48,545 bases of DNA from Seison nebaliae (Eukaryota), in the NCBI GenBank assembly GCA_023231475.1, contig JALJEE010002829.1:1-48545 (forward strand). The letters are read 5' to 3'. Made by a program: the position numbers and the translations under genes. Shown in pieces: positions 25,151-39,309 of this stretch; within the stretch, counting starts at the first letter, position 1; each line of letters starts with the position of its first letter. Below the pieces are notes generated by a model. That model was not told the origin of the DNA. It worked only from the letters and a program-made list of their open reading frames with translations, and ran no database searches.

Positions 25151-25444
25151 TCAAAGAAATTTCTTGTTCATCCAAATCATTTCTTCGCCACTAACGTCGT
25201 CGTTGATTGAACGGTCATAAACTTCATAATTTCGTTTACCATATCGAGGAATATAATTGGGATTCAATGTCTTCAACAGAACCATTTGTCTCAGATATTC
25301 TTTCTGTGCAGTCGTCAATCGTTTGCCCAACGAGGATTTCCGTTTTTCCAAATATTCGTTTTGTGCCCAACTGAATTGGATGAGCATGACGGTGAATAGG
25401 AGAAGAATTGTGGCAGTTCTCAACCGAAATGGAAAGAATGACAT
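25151..25444 (-). CDS. Neuropeptide precursor yielding an RYamide-ending (NPY/F-like) peptide
   Basis: ATG 25444. Signal peptide MSFFPFRLRTATILLLFTVMLIQFSWA, KR cleavage sites and GKR amidation signals. Predicted peptide LTTAQKEYLRQMVLLKTLNPNYIPRY-amide. Confidence 0.8.
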   Translation of the reverse strand: MSFFPFRLRTATILLLFTVMLIQFSWAQNEYLEKRKSSLGKRLTTAQKEYLRQMVLLKTLNPNYIPRYGKRNYEVYDRSINDDVSGEEMIWMNKKFL

Positions 25445-25869
25445 TATCACAATATGATGAATATAAAATTCTGTGAGAGAAGATGAAAGAAGATGAACAG
25501 AAAGAATAAGAAGATTATTATCATTCAAATTATTCACTAGATAAATGATCAGTCGTTGATATAAAAATGATAATTTTAATTATAATTCATCAATACGAAT
25601 AAAATCGATGGAATTAACTGATAAAAGTTTTTATATATATTTCAGATAAGTCGAATGTTCTTTTAGTTTAAATAGAAAAAATGTTGATTTGCTTCTGATG
25701 TGAACGGATGTCTGCCATCGTCGATGATTCTCATGAACATTTTTTAATTAATCCTTCACTCTCATAACTCAAACTTATCAATCAGTAAATAATAGAGAAT
25801 TATCAAATAGTAAGAGAAGATTTTTATTAGAACAAAATTAAAATCACCCGAAGACAAATTAATTTCCGC

Positions 25870-28800
25870 TTAATCAATTTTCCTTTTTTCCACATCTGGA
25901 AATAATTCTCGTTTCATGTCTTCTAATTTCTCATCATCCTCTTTACCTATGTCACGACGAGCGATCGGTATAGATGCCAATGTCGATTTCGTATACGAAA
26001 TATTTGGGAGATCATTCTCGTGAAGGAAATGATTACTTGTCACCCACTCATCCAATATCATCGAATCATATGAAGGAATTCGTTTCTTGATATGACCCTC
26101 AACTTTTTTCAATTTCTCTTTTAACTTCAATTCATTGTCATTCAACAACTTCTTCAAAATCTCCAGAGATTCATCGATAATTTGATTAGCGATCAATTCG
26201 ATATCGATGAGATTATCGGGAAAAATTGAAGAATATCGACGGAAAACAATTTTCAAAAATTCTTTCTTTGCACAAATTTCTTCTAATGAATTTAACTGAT
26301 TTAATTCTCGTACAATTCGAAATGATTCCCATTCGTCCTCCTTCCTATGGAAATAATTTACTAGAAATTTCGTTCTTTCCAATAATTTTCCATCAATATG
26401 ATTCTTTATAAGAATATCGTCCTCAATCGATATCTCTTCTAATTCTTTCTCAATTATTTCTGACGATGTGGTTGTTGTTGTTGTTGTTGAATTGACAATA
26501 TCAGTTCGATAATCTTGTTCTGCCACGATTACTTCGTTTGTTCGACATTCCATTTTCAAATTCTCATCATTCTTCTTATCCGTAACGAAAGTTGAGATTG
26601 GTAATATATTTTCTTTAATAGTATTTTGTACGAAAAGATGATTGAAACTTTTCAACAAATTACTCAGAACGAAATCACGAGCAATGGAATTATGATCGAT
26701 AATCAAATTGATGAGGAAAATTCCTGTGAAATTTCAAAATTTCCAATTCGAAAGATATTTTAAAAGAAAACCTTTAATTTCTAATAATTTCGAATATTTT
26801 TCAATTATATCAATCTGGATAAATGATTCCAATGGAGAGATTAATGGTACACCATTCTCTTTCGAGAAAACATCCAAAATTATCACATCAAATTTCAATT
26901 CTTCAATCAAATAAAAAATTTTTCATCGAAAAATAAAATTTCCAACTTTTTCCAATTCCTTCATCCAAATATTCTAATCCATCCTTTATAATCACTTTCG
27001 ATCGTTTATTCTTCGTCAATCCGAAATATTTCACAGCAACATATTCCGTCGATTTATCGATATCGATTGACGTGATTTCACTCTGATTGTAAAACGATAA
27101 GAAAATTTAATTGAAAATTATTGATTAACTTTTGGATAGAGATTATATAAATAAGTGGTCAAAACTCCACCACCCAATCCCAAAACGAGAATTTTCAAAG
27201 GAAATTCTGAAAAATAAAATAAAATTATAAATTTGATATTTAATATGAATTTGATGTTGATAACGGAAAGAATACTTCATGAAAATGGTATTGAGAACAG
27301 CCGAATAATAATCGGAGGAGTTGAAAAGCATTGTGGAATAATCAGGAATATATTTCGATTGTTCATATTTTTCGAAAATGGCATTTGTCTTTTGTAAATT
27401 ATTTTGAAGTTTTCCTTTTTGTTTCTTTTTTGATTTTTTATCTGATAAATTAAAAATTAAAATAAATGAGAATGAAATTGATTAGAATGTATAGAACTTC
27501 CTTCGAATTTTCTTTTCAAAATAATTTCACTTTGAACGAAAGATGAATGATTTTTGAAAATGAATCGTCGAGTAAATCGATCAGGATGTTCGAGTGAAAC
27601 GATATCGAATACCATCCATTCTCCATTCATTTCACTTTGTCCACTCTCCAATATATTACGTTCGTCGATATCTGATGATAATGTGAGAAATGGAATCTAT
27701 ATGAAAAAATTAGAATTTTCTCAGGAATTATCACAGAATAAATTTTGATGGAAACTTGATCGTTCTGACAAGTGGATGGAAGAAATTGACGAACGATATT
27801 GAACAAATCCTCTTTCAAATCGTCCATTGTCAATGCCACTTTCTTCGCTTTCACATCCAACATTTGAACGATTGCTAATCTGTCGAATTTCGTCTCATTC
27901 CTCAAATTCTCTCGACCACTTTCACTCATAAACATATTTTCCGTTTCACTTTTAAATCGTTTCAAATTATTTATAAAAAATTATTTAAATTTTAAATTAA
28001 AATATTTTTAATTTTAAAAACCGTCCAAATGGTACGACTAGTGTGGCATATGTATTGAGACGTTTGCGTTGAGCGTCGACGATGTAAACGATGAAATTCG
28101 GTTTATTCATTTGACGATCTGTTTCACTTCGATAATATTCAAGACGTTCCTGAAATTTATTCTTTCTCATATTTCTAATGAATTGAGGAAATTGAAAAAT
28201 GTATTTAAGAAGTGGAACGGCATATTCAATCGATAAATGAGATTGGAGAGATTTTGTAATTCTCTGATTCTTTCGATAATGTCGTTAAATCCGAAAAATT
28301 CCTGCGAACTACAATTCTCATCTTTACCATCTGATGATAAAATGTATAATGATACCGGCTGAAAATTAATGAGAAAATATTGAAGGAATTGAAGGAATTG
28401 ATGAATGAGAACTTTTTGTATGGAGACGGTAGATAATCTGGTGATGATAATAATGAAAACGGGATATTGAGAACATTTGATGGTTTTCCGTTTGGTATCG
28501 ATAGGAATCATATAAATTTTCATAATATAATTCCTTTCCCGAATAAATAAAATGTTAATGATGTTAAAACGAAATTTAAAACTTGTTGAAGAAGAAATGT
28601 AAAAGTGCTTGAATGTTGTGCGTTTGGAGGAGTGACACACAAATATATCGTCCGAAATGTGTTTTGAGAGTTCGTTGAATTTCATTGAACATTCCTTTGA
28701 TGATTAGTCGATTATTCTGATTATCATTTGGCATTAATGCATCAAATGTTCCTTTGTCAAGAATGACATCGATGGAATTATCGTCATATGTCATCTGTTG

Positions 28801-29223
28801 TAATGGATGATATTTAAAATAATTGATTAAAAATAAATCGATTTGACTTTCGTCACGTCCATCACTTGAAATTTGAGTTGTGAATTATTTTTATAAATCT
28901 TCTTCATTTTCATTATCACTTTCTCACTTATGTCGATATTGTCGATAATTAAAGAGGAATATTTTCCGTTACATCCTTTTACGATATCGGCACTAAGAGT
29001 CGAATCACCACAACCAATGGAGAGGGCTTTGTCATTGGAACGAAGAAATCGATTAATTATCCATCCTAATAATTGATAATTGCCATACCTGAACGAAGGA
29101 TAAAAGAAGGAAATTTGAAATAGAAAACCATTCGAAGGCGTCAGATGTGTTTCGTTTGGTGAAGAATTGATCCCAATATTCTTTCGAAGTGAATTCATCG
29201 GAAGTTTTCGGAAGAATATTCAT
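25870..29223 (-). CDS. METTL13: eEF1A lysine and N-terminal methyltransferase (dual MTase), 13 exons
   Basis: MNILPKTSDEFTSKEYWDQFF..AFEW|YG, IGCGDS, LDKGTFDALM, GRYICVSLLQ, VVPFGR|ETE.MF..SGR, VQSE, LVLGLGGGVL, FDVIILDV. 12 introns (11 GTT, 1 GTC). Confidence 0.93.
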
Positions 29224-30006
29224 CGGAGAAAAAATATTCAATAATTATATATGAAGATCTAGATTCTAGAGAGAATTATTTTTGAGTAAAATTAAATTTT
29301 TTATAATACAACAAATTAGAATATTCATCGAATAGAATCGATGGATGAAATGAAATGAGAGATAATGTGGAAATGTGATTGGAATCGAAGAAGATGATAA
29401 TGGATATCGTTTAAAGGAGAAGATAAAGCACGATATGAAAGTCATAAATATGAGTGTTCTTCTTCTTGTTGTTGTTGTTGAAGCGCCAAATTTTGTATAA
29501 AAAACTGAATTATTAATCAAAAAAATTTTAGAAAAGAAAAATTTCTTTTAAAAAAAAATAGATAAAAAAATAGAAGATAAATAAAGAGGAATCGATTGAA
29601 TCATATCCAATTCCCGCACATCTTTCTTTACCCAATGCAAATTGATGTCGACACATCTGATTAAGTGCAAGGAGAAATTGTGTGTGTGTTGTGTGTGTTA
29701 AACAGGTGAACCGGAATAAAATGGATATCGAACAAGAAATAATTGTGAAATGATTCAACATCGGATTGAGATCAAATTGCTGAAATTAATATGTTCTTTA
29801 ACGATTTATACAGGAAATCTAATGAACATCGTTTTAAAATTTGAAACAAATACAATTTCCCGTAATAAATGACGCCGTCTTCCTGTTGTTTATTTGTTTT
29901 GCGTGTGAAGTGTGTGAAGTAGATTCGTGACGAATAGAGAAAGAACAGAAGAGAATTAACGAGACAATTCACTTCATTAAAATTTCAATCTATTTATTTT
30001 AATTAT

Positions 30007-32442
30007 TTAGACGGCAACTTCATAATTTTTATCCTTTACTGATCGTGATCGATGATTTCCGTCACTACTCTTACTACCGTTATTCTTGTTGTTGTTGTTG
30101 TTGTTGTTTTTGGTAATGATTGACATAGAATGTTTTGGAATGAAATGAATCGATTCTTCATTTGCATATTTCATTCTCATATTATGTGGCAACGGATAAT
30201 TGTCGCCTGTCCATTCCTGAGGATTTCTCGGATATAAATCAGTTCTATGGACGTTAGTAGCGATGTAATTATTCGGTGTACGTTGTTTGACTCTTCGTGA
30301 TTGAGGTGCCACATAGAAATCGTTGGGCGGCCATTGAACTTTACTTCTATCCGAATAATTCGTATTGAAATTCATCGATCGAATTTTATTATTCGATTGA
30401 ACTGACGACGTTGACGGATGAATATATATCGGCTTGTTTAATTCCCTGTTCGTCAAATGAGTACCAGTTCGTTGACTATATTTCACCATCGTCTTATTAT
30501 CCGTTTTATCCGATATTTCGGACATGTCACGTTTAGACGTTCGAACTCTTTCAAAATTTCCTTCTTCATTCATCGATGGAATATTCGATTTATATAAATT
30601 ATGATTCTAAAAAAATCGTTTGAAATTAATTTATAAAAATTTAATATATATATTAATATTTAAAAATTTAACTTTGTCTATAACTATATTGTTGTTATTG
30701 TTGTTATTATTATTATTTCTATTTTTCCAATATGTTGTATCGTTCAACGATTTACTTCCTTTAATTAATTCGAATTTCGGATCGTTGTCAACTTCCGCTG
30801 GAAACATTTGGGGAAAATTATGGTTGTTGTTGTTGTTGTAAGTGGAAGTATTACCATGTGAAATGGATGGTAGATTGACAGGAAAATGTGGTGGGACAAT
30901 ATCATCTTTTCGTTCGTAAACGGCGAAAACGACGTCGTTATCGTTCCGATTTTTCTCGTGATCGATAATTCGAAGTTTCTTCTTTTTATTTGATCGATCG
31001 AAACGTCGTTCTTTTTTCGATGATATGGACGTATCGTGAATCGGATGAAAATCTTGAGCTTCGGCATCGATTTGAATTTTCGTCGGATCTCGATGATGTT
31101 CATATTTTTTTGGGATTTTCGATTGAAGTTGTTGAATTGGAGTGAATTCGTTAACGAAGTCTTGACTACAACTTTTTGTCATTTGATTGGAATTTTGGAC
31201 GATAAGTGGATCGGTCAAATCTCTTTCCTCCTCATTTCCCACAACAATTTCAATATCGCTAATTCGTTTCATATCTCTCATTTCATAACATTCCTCTTTC
31301 TCATTCTTCTGATAGAATTGTTGATCTTTCGTTTCTTGACGGAAAGACGTTCCTGATTTACCTAGTAATTGTCTCGTATTACCAATTTGTTGATCGATAG
31401 ATGCGGTTTCATTGAGAGCGTTTCCTATTGAACCGTCACCGTCATTATTTTGATTCATTAGAACTTTTCCTGATTGATTGTCATTTGATGATTTTATATA
31501 TTTTTTCATTCTCGACGTATTTACCAACGTCGCCGGTTTTATTGGATGTTCTCTCTTTTGATTATCTTTCTGAATGTTATTGTTATTATTGTTTTGATTA
31601 TCGTCACCAGAATTTTGAGTTGGTCGAGTATAAACGATTTTCCCTCGATCTTTTGCTAGACAACGAGCATATAATCGATTATTGGTAGATGAATTAGGGA
31701 ATTGAATAAAGAATGATGAGAAGAAAACATGTGTACAATTCTTCCAACAACCACGATCAAATGGATTATATCCGTTACGGAATTTGCCTGTAACTTGTTC
31801 GTTAGTTGTTCGACCGTTCGCCACGAGATAAAGATGGAATCCGGTCAAACCGATAACGGGCAAAATGATTATACTGAGAACAATGATGAGAACTAATGCA
31901 GCGATGGTTTTAATATCGCTGATATTATCGTAATATGTGACAACATGATTGATGGATATGGCAAGAATCATTGTAATGTGAATAGTGAGTGAGAGGAGAT
32001 ATTGGAAGAAGAAACGATAATTCCTTCGACCCACACAATTATTTAACCAGGGACAATGATGATCGAATTGTTCGATACATTTATTACAAATCGAACAATG
32101 TGACACTCGAGGAGGTCGATAGAAATCGCAAGTGGGACACCATTTCATTTTCACGTTGCTATTTCTAATTTCTACTGTTCGATGGAGTGGTGACCGCAAA
32201 TCTTCTGCAGCATGTTCATCTTTCATCGCTGGCATATATCGTCCTGGATCGCGGAATGTTACCAGGAAGAAATTTGCCGTAACAAACACGGTGATAATAG
32301 TTTGAATGATTAATATGGAACTGTGTACTTCATTCCACACATAATTGGATAAAAATGAGAAATAAACTGTCGTGCCTGCCAAGAATAACATCCAAGAGAC
32401 AATGGCTGGCAAACGATGGACGAACTCGTCACCGAGTGCCAT
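30007..32442 (-). CDS. DHHC palmitoyltransferase, ZDHHC5/8 family, 2 exons
   Basis: [64 protein letters not shown], and the C-terminal PDZ-ligand-like YEVAV. Intron 30607-30672 joins the two ORFs. Confidence 0.93.
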
Positions 32443-35400
32443 TATGATGGTAATAGATCAATGGGATTCTATTCACCAATGAGAATATGCATTCTTTCTG
32501 CACGAAAATATTTCTGCGCTCAAGTCCTCGAATGTCGAACGAGAAGAACTTGAACGTTATGTCATTCGTATCACTTCTCTTCGTCTCTCTGTCTGGACGA
32601 GTATCTCGAGATTAATTCGTAATTCAGCTACACTCAATCCAAAAGAAAATAAAACGGGAAAATAAAAAAAATTAAAAGAAAAAAATAATTCGCCTAAGAA
32701 AATTGAAAAATAACAAAAAAGAAAAAGAAAAGACAAAATCTTATCACTATATTCAACTTCCCATAAAAGAGCAGTTTAAGTAATTTCTTCCAATTCTTTT
32801 TTATTTATTCTGCTAAAAAGAAATACAGATAATTCACTCCCTCCAATTAGGATGGAAGACAATCAATAAAATTTTCATCATGTCCATGTTGTTCATTTTA
32901 TCACTATTCATTAATATGTCTGACATTATCAAGAAGCTATCATTGTGAGTGATCAAATGATATGCATTCTTCACTTCACGCAATACTCCTATATGAATTT
33001 CAGACAATTTCCAAATTCAAATTTTAAGCTTAATAAATTATTTTAAATCATTTTTGTTTTCCGTTCAACAACTATATCTGTATCTTCCATTGTGATGTGT
33101 ATCTCTTCTGATGAGGATAGCAATTCTCCAATGAATATTTTTATTCTCCTACGGAAACCAGAAAAGAAAATATGATTATTATTCAAACTTTTCCTTTCGT
33201 TCCTCGCACCACATTCCATTCAATTTCCAATACTCTAATATCAACCTGTTACACGCATATCCGCAGGATTAATTTTATCTTCTTTCCTCATCATTATCAT
33301 TCCAAAGAGATAATCTAACAATGTAAATTTTTAATCAAATTAAATAGAAAAAATAAAAATTTTTCATTCTCTCATCAATTTTCTCTAGTAATCTTCTAAA
33401 ATTACAGCCGAATCCTTCACGCCATTATCTGGTCCGATATCTCCTTGTTTTAATTATCTATAGATAATGTTCTTATTATGTTAATTATGTTCATGTTCTT
33501 ATTGAAGATATTCAAATTAATTAACAATTCTCAACCAGTTTCCAATCGAAACAATTGTTTCCAGTGTCCTTGTAAATATCATAAAATATGTAAGTATTTT
33601 GCGATATGAAACGAACATTCTTCGCTTCCACAATTTCTACTGCTTCAAAGAAGAATTAATAAATTTTTACAATTTTCCTTTCAAGCACCAATCGCCCACA
33701 CTAATTTATCGTACTAATTTTTTACGAGTTTAACATTAATCTCTAGGGTGAAACAAATACAAATATCTACCAATACTCAATATCACTGAAAGTTAATTAG
33801 TTGAGGATTCGAACTGAAATTTTGACCACATAATTAATAAAATGAAAATATCAACATACAAATTATTCCGATTGACTATTGATGGAAATATCGAAAATTC
33901 CGATTCGAAACATTTTCAAATAAACTACTATAAAATTGTCGTATTGGCCCGATTATAAGAATAATTATTGTTTCATTCGAAATTATAAGTTGGAAAATTG
34001 AAAATGATCTTTTCATAAAAAATTTAATAGAAAAAATTTTTGCGGAAAAATTAGATATAAATATCATATCGATTGGAATAATAATACATTCCAAATATCT
34101 GAAGAGTAAATGAGAAGTTGATGAAATTAAAAAATTCTGAAGTAGTAAATTAGTAAAATGAGTAAATTTTTATGAGAAAGAATTCCCACTTGACAAACGA
34201 ATGACTAGTGTTAACTTGTCAGGAACAATCGAATTTATGTTATGTGACCCGACCAAAACTTTGACCATTGAACATTTACGAAATAACAAATAACATTAAG
34301 ATGGAAATTAACAGGATAGGACGAATAAAAATAAATATTGGAACTATTTCGTAAGTCCATTTGCTTAACGATTTTGACGATTCCATTATGCAACAATTGT
34401 ATCTAGGGAACTGGTGTAGCTCTGTCTCGGTCCGAATTAAAGAAAGTTAAAATTTATTAATTGGAGAATTAAAACTTCCCAATAACTCGTTTTATGTTTT
34501 GGTATATGTTGTGCATAATAATGTTTTCTTATTAAACGGAAAAGTAAATACAATTTGGTTCATAGGCGACTCGCAGGAACTTTCAGAATTAAAAATAAGG
34601 GAATCATTAAAAAAATGGAGATTAGGCTCGTCGAAACAATGTCGGAAGACATTTAAAGATGTAATCTAAAAAGAATTTTAACCCCGATACCAGAAGGAAA
34701 TGTTTACTATTTTTTATTTGAACTGTATTTTTGAATTGTATTGACTATTTTTATTTTGTGTGGGAGATTGTTGAGTGGTAAGAAAATATTTTGTATTAGA
34801 AAGGAATCTTGTTAGTTTAATTCCATTCTTTTCAATTTCACCAATGGTTAAACGTTTATTTAAAAGCTGATTTAGACACGTTGGCGTCTTTATGTTATTA
34901 GAGTATAATGGTAAGATAGTGGGGGAGTAGTACTTGAAATGGATTTCATTTGGAATTATGTCCAGTCAAATATTACATGAGAGTGAGTAGTATAAGAATG
35001 TGTAAATGGATGATGGAAATTTTTAGGATAATTGAAATTCAATTAGAGAATAAGGAAGAAGAAAATTAAGGAAGATCGGCCACTGGAATAACCTTAGGGT
35101 GAGCAGCTTATTGATAACTATTGTTCATTCTGATGAAATTAAAGACAACAAATTAGGTTAAGTTTAATGGAGTGAAATGTGTAAGAAAAGGGGAGGAATC
35201 ATTTCATAACTTTCCTCAACCGGTTGCTATGACATTAATGACATCATTATCTCTTCCAATTTTTCACTCATTCTCTTATTACCAATTGGTACGTAAGAGA
35301 AAGTGGTGATTGAAGATCGTCGTCTGTTTCATTGTTAGAAAAACAGGTTTTATGTGGAGAATCAATAAAGAAGAATCATCACGAAAAATGTCATTTGTGT

Positions 35401-36007
35401 TCAATTTTCCTTTCAAGATCCCAGTATCCAAAGGCATTCTACCAGTAAACATTATGACCAGAGTTTATTCCAAAAGAAATGATCCAAATCGTTCGACTGA
35501 CCAAGAAGAGGAAAAGAAATTAAAACAATATTCATGTTTCCCTCCAATATCAATTTCCGTCGTCTTCCTCATACAATTAGATATTTTATTCCATCTCCCA
35601 TCGGTAAGTTGCGAACATAAAACTTTTACTTTCAAACGAATTGTTAATATATAATTATTATGATGACGATCAATATCTCGTTCCATATACTGATAATGTT
35701 CCACTTGTTTACGAGAGATTGACTCAGCGAACGTTTCCCGTCGCCGACTAATTGAAGAAAAAGTTCAAACTAGCAACTTTCATAAGTAATGAAGTTTTAT
35801 CCTGTAGATTTCTTTCCTTTTATCTGCGAGTCATTTTTCTGCCACGAAATTACCTTGAATTAATAACTATGTTTGCTTTCATCGCAAATAGAACCAAATT
35901 TAATTTGACAGTTATTAGAATATAATCCATTCTAATGAATTCTCTCAACTTTTTTTTAGAAATTATCAATTTTCTTTTTAGAAAAAAATCGATTCGTTTC
36001 TAGACAA

Positions 36008-36892
36008 ATGATCACATACTATTTAGTAGTAGTTATTGTACTTTTCATAAATAAATTTAAATGTGACAACGAATGGTATATCGACAATGAGAAGACGGAA
36101 CATTTCGATAAGAACTTCCTTCCCGTCGAAGACACGAAAACTTATTTAAAAAATATCAATATCCTTCCAGCTCCATTGCATAAAACTCATAAAACTAATC
36201 ATAATAACAACACGATTCCATCTCATCCGTTGTCGAATATGATAAAGAAGAAAACGGAGAATGAGAAAGTTGAGTGGGAAGAAGAATTACTTCGGAAGAG
36301 ATTCGAAGAACTTGAAGAAGATGAAGATGATGATCAATTAGTTGATGATTTACTTAAATTGAATATGGCCGAACGTGGTAGTGGAGATGACGAAGCGACA
36401 AACGCCCCACAAACTAGTGACGACGAAGGTTGGACTTGGCAGAAGAGTTTGATTTTGGCCTGTGCAATCGTCGTCGCTCTTCTCATCATTCTCATTTTCA
36501 TTTATTGTATGTGCAAGAAACCATCGACTGTCGTTCCTCGTCGAAATACCACGGAAGGTCTCAATTATGATGAACCGGAAAATGAAAGTATGCCAATAAC
36601 TCAAAAGAGAATTACCGTTCCAACAAACATTTCACACATTCCTCGCTTAACTGAAATTACGGGAGCCATTCCATCAGGACAACCGTTACAAGTTCCAAAC
36701 ATTGGCGACGCAATGAACAAAACTATAATTCAATGTGGCGATCAGACAGTCACCGTTTCTACAAGAAATCCACCGTCCTCAAAAATTCCATTAAAATCAG
36801 GAAAACCAGGAAAGGCTATCACAACGAACTTGGAGGGGCCTGTTCAATCATTTTCACAAACAAGTCAAATTCCAATTGCAAGAAGAAAATGA
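36008..36892 (+). CDS. Type I single-pass membrane protein with acidic ectodomain and SxIP-rich tail
   Basis: N-terminal signal-like hydrophobic stretch, GSGDDE site, TM helix SLILACAIVVALLIILIFIYCMC, and a basic Ser/Pro/Thr tail. 294 aa, single exon. Confidence 0.8.
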   Translation: MITYYLVVVIVLFINKFKCDNEWYIDNEKTEHFDKNFLPVEDTKTYLKNINILPAPLHKTHKTNHNNNTIPSHPLSNMIKKKTENEKVEWEEELLRKRFEELEEDEDDDQLVDDLLKLNMAERGSGDDEATNAPQTSDDEGWTWQKSLILACAIVVALLIILIFIYCMCKKPSTVVPRRNTTEGLNYDEPENESMPITQKRITVPTNISHIPRLTEITGAIPSGQPLQVPNIGDAMNKTIIQCGDQTVTVSTRNPPSSKIPLKSGKPGKAITTNLEGPVQSFSQTSQIPIARRK

Positions 36893-38289
36893 TTCAGATT
36901 TTAATTTCCATCACATTCCAAACTGACCGGTTAAAAACAGAATAATTTATTAAACATATAATTATTATTATATATAATTTTTTTTCAAATTTCCCAATTC
37001 GTCAAAATAACTTTTTTCTTAAGTTATTCATTGAATTAGATTCTATGGATCAATCTTCGAAATTTAATATTCCATTGCCACAAAAAAAATTCTGTTGTTT
37101 CTTTAACACTCTTCTTCTTTTTGATAAGAAACAAACACCGAAGAAATCTTTTCATCGACAATCTTTAATAAAAAAAACTTTCAAATCTCTTTTTATTCTC
37201 CAAAGTAATTCGCGAATAGTCGAACTGTCAAATTATTTAGAGAATAGATTCACCTCCCAGAATCCCAGCACGTACAATAAGTCCAGGTAAAATTTTTATC
37301 TAGCGAAGGATTATAGGCTTTAATAAAAATCTATCCAATATTCAAAGTACGATATTTCTCAAACAATTGAGACATCGTATTAATGAGATATTGACTCAAA
37401 TGTTTAATGTTTTTAAGATACAAAACGACCATCATTATTTTAGCAGATTCTTATGAATAAATCGAATAAATTTCACACGACACTCTTGAGATTATTCGTC
37501 TTCAAAATGGTCAATAAATTATGATGCAATTTTTGTTCATCATTTTTCTTTGAGCGATATACGATATCTAATTATTATTAGGAATAAATTTATAATGACG
37601 AATAGAGTTACATGTGAAATATGTGGATAATTTATTAGAATTGGAATATCTTAATGACAGTCTTCTAATTGACATGTGGCTGTAAGTTATGTAGGTGGAG
37701 AGGAACATCAGGAGGTCATTCTTCCATTTGAAATAGACAGAAGTTGATTATTCAACGTTATATATAAGTAGAATTAAGGAAGACTAATCGATCAATTTAA
37801 TTCTTGAACGGAATAACTTCTACTTTTAGTAAGATTATAATGTCATGCTTTTAAGATGATTTTACCTTTTAATTATTCCGATCGGTTTACCACGTTTCCT
37901 AAAGGTTTCAATTTCCAACTTCTTTTCAGAAAGAAATTAATCATGCCCATCATGAAATGTGAGATTTCCAGATAATTCCCCTCTTACTATTTCCTTTATC
38001 TTCAACTTGCAATTCTTAGAAATTTTCGATTACTGAACATTCATCACATAGTTCCGGTGGAAGATCGATGGATATTCCCATATACTGTGCAATGATGTCC
38101 ATCTATTTTAATTGAATTAGCTCTCTCATTATAATTGATCGATTTAATTAATTTGACTTCTTCTTTCCATTCCGTCCTCCTTTCGTCCTTAATGGAACGT
38201 TAAGCGGAAATCTGATTTGAAATAGATTAAATATCATCTTTACGAATCATTATTCAGATGGAGATGATTATTATGAAATTTATTCGGCA

Positions 38290-38760
38290 CTGTCTGTAAA
38301 AGAAGTCTGATGAAGCGAAATTAACTTCTTCAATAAAAAAAGATTTCTCTTATTTCTCATCCATTCCATGTATATTTCCGTTCTACTGTAGAAAGTGGAC
38401 TGTATCTATTCCTTCTAATTGGTTGTATGTTATTGTTGGTGAATATGTTGAGAAGAATTAATTAATTTTTGAAGCAGATATTCATATGATGATGTAGACG
38501 AAAACAATATTCTTTCACCATGCGCTGAAGACATTGTGCATATCCGTTAAGAATGTGCACAATATCCAATTTCTATTAGAAGGTTGAAATATTTATATAT
38601 CGATTCGTATATGTTCACTGTCGTCCATCTATTCCGAATAATTTTAAGTTTATTAAAAATTTCAATATGTATTTTACAAAAAAAATGGAAAGAAAGAATG
38701 GACATATGTTTTTTTGCATGTAAGGCACTCGTTCGACTAATAGAAGTAATGCAGTGCACA
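38290..38760 (-). mobile_element. Decayed Tc1/mariner-like transposase fossil
   Basis: Broken minus-strand frames give HAKKHMS, KLFGIDGRQ*, FSAW*KNIVFV and MEWMRNK, collinear with Tc1 DDE motifs (FAKKH, LFGSDGR.W, FSAHGVGNLVFI, KEWL). Confidence 0.4.
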
Positions 38761-39309
38761 GAAGGATAATTTATTTGAACATAATTATGTTTATGTCTAT
38801 ATATTACTTAAATAAGAGGGGAACAAGGTCATATATCCATATTCCGTCGAAGGCACGATGGAAGTAGAGTGGAAAATTGAGGGGAAAGTGCGCGAAAATT
38901 CAATAAGCTCCTATAGAAGATACAGTAAATTTCTCCATTTATTTCAACAAATTTATTCATTCGTCCAACTCCAACATCAGAGGCATTCTATTTATATGGG
39001 ATTATTCTCATAAACCAAATTCTATTAACTTTCACCTTCGTATATACAAATTAATTTTGAAAAATTTGAAAAGATTTCCGCTTTTGGGCCCAGTCTGATT
39101 ATCGGACTCTGACGCAATATCATTTCTTGTAAAAATTACTGTTAAGGAACATTTCACCTGGTTTGTCTTCACCTACTGATTTCATCAAGTGAATCATCTT
39201 ATTTTTACTTTCTCCACAAAATCTCCTTTCTTTATATAGGAAATTAGTGAAAAAAGAATGTTGGAAAAAAATTATGAATTTATGTACCATCGATCAATAT
39301 TCGATTTAT

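Noticed and set aside
34340..34460. Transposase C-terminal motif (LTIPLCNNCI*GTGVAL)
   Set aside because: A single weak motif with no collinear support.
35310..35770. Overlapping short ORFs on both strands
   Set aside because: No ATG-led coherent model or recognisable domain could be built.
38050..38150. U1 snRNA candidate (minus-strand CATTGCAC, U1A loop-like)
   Set aside because: No flanking stems, U1-70K loop, 5' donor-binding end or Sm site. No spliceosomal snRNA was recognised anywhere in the window.
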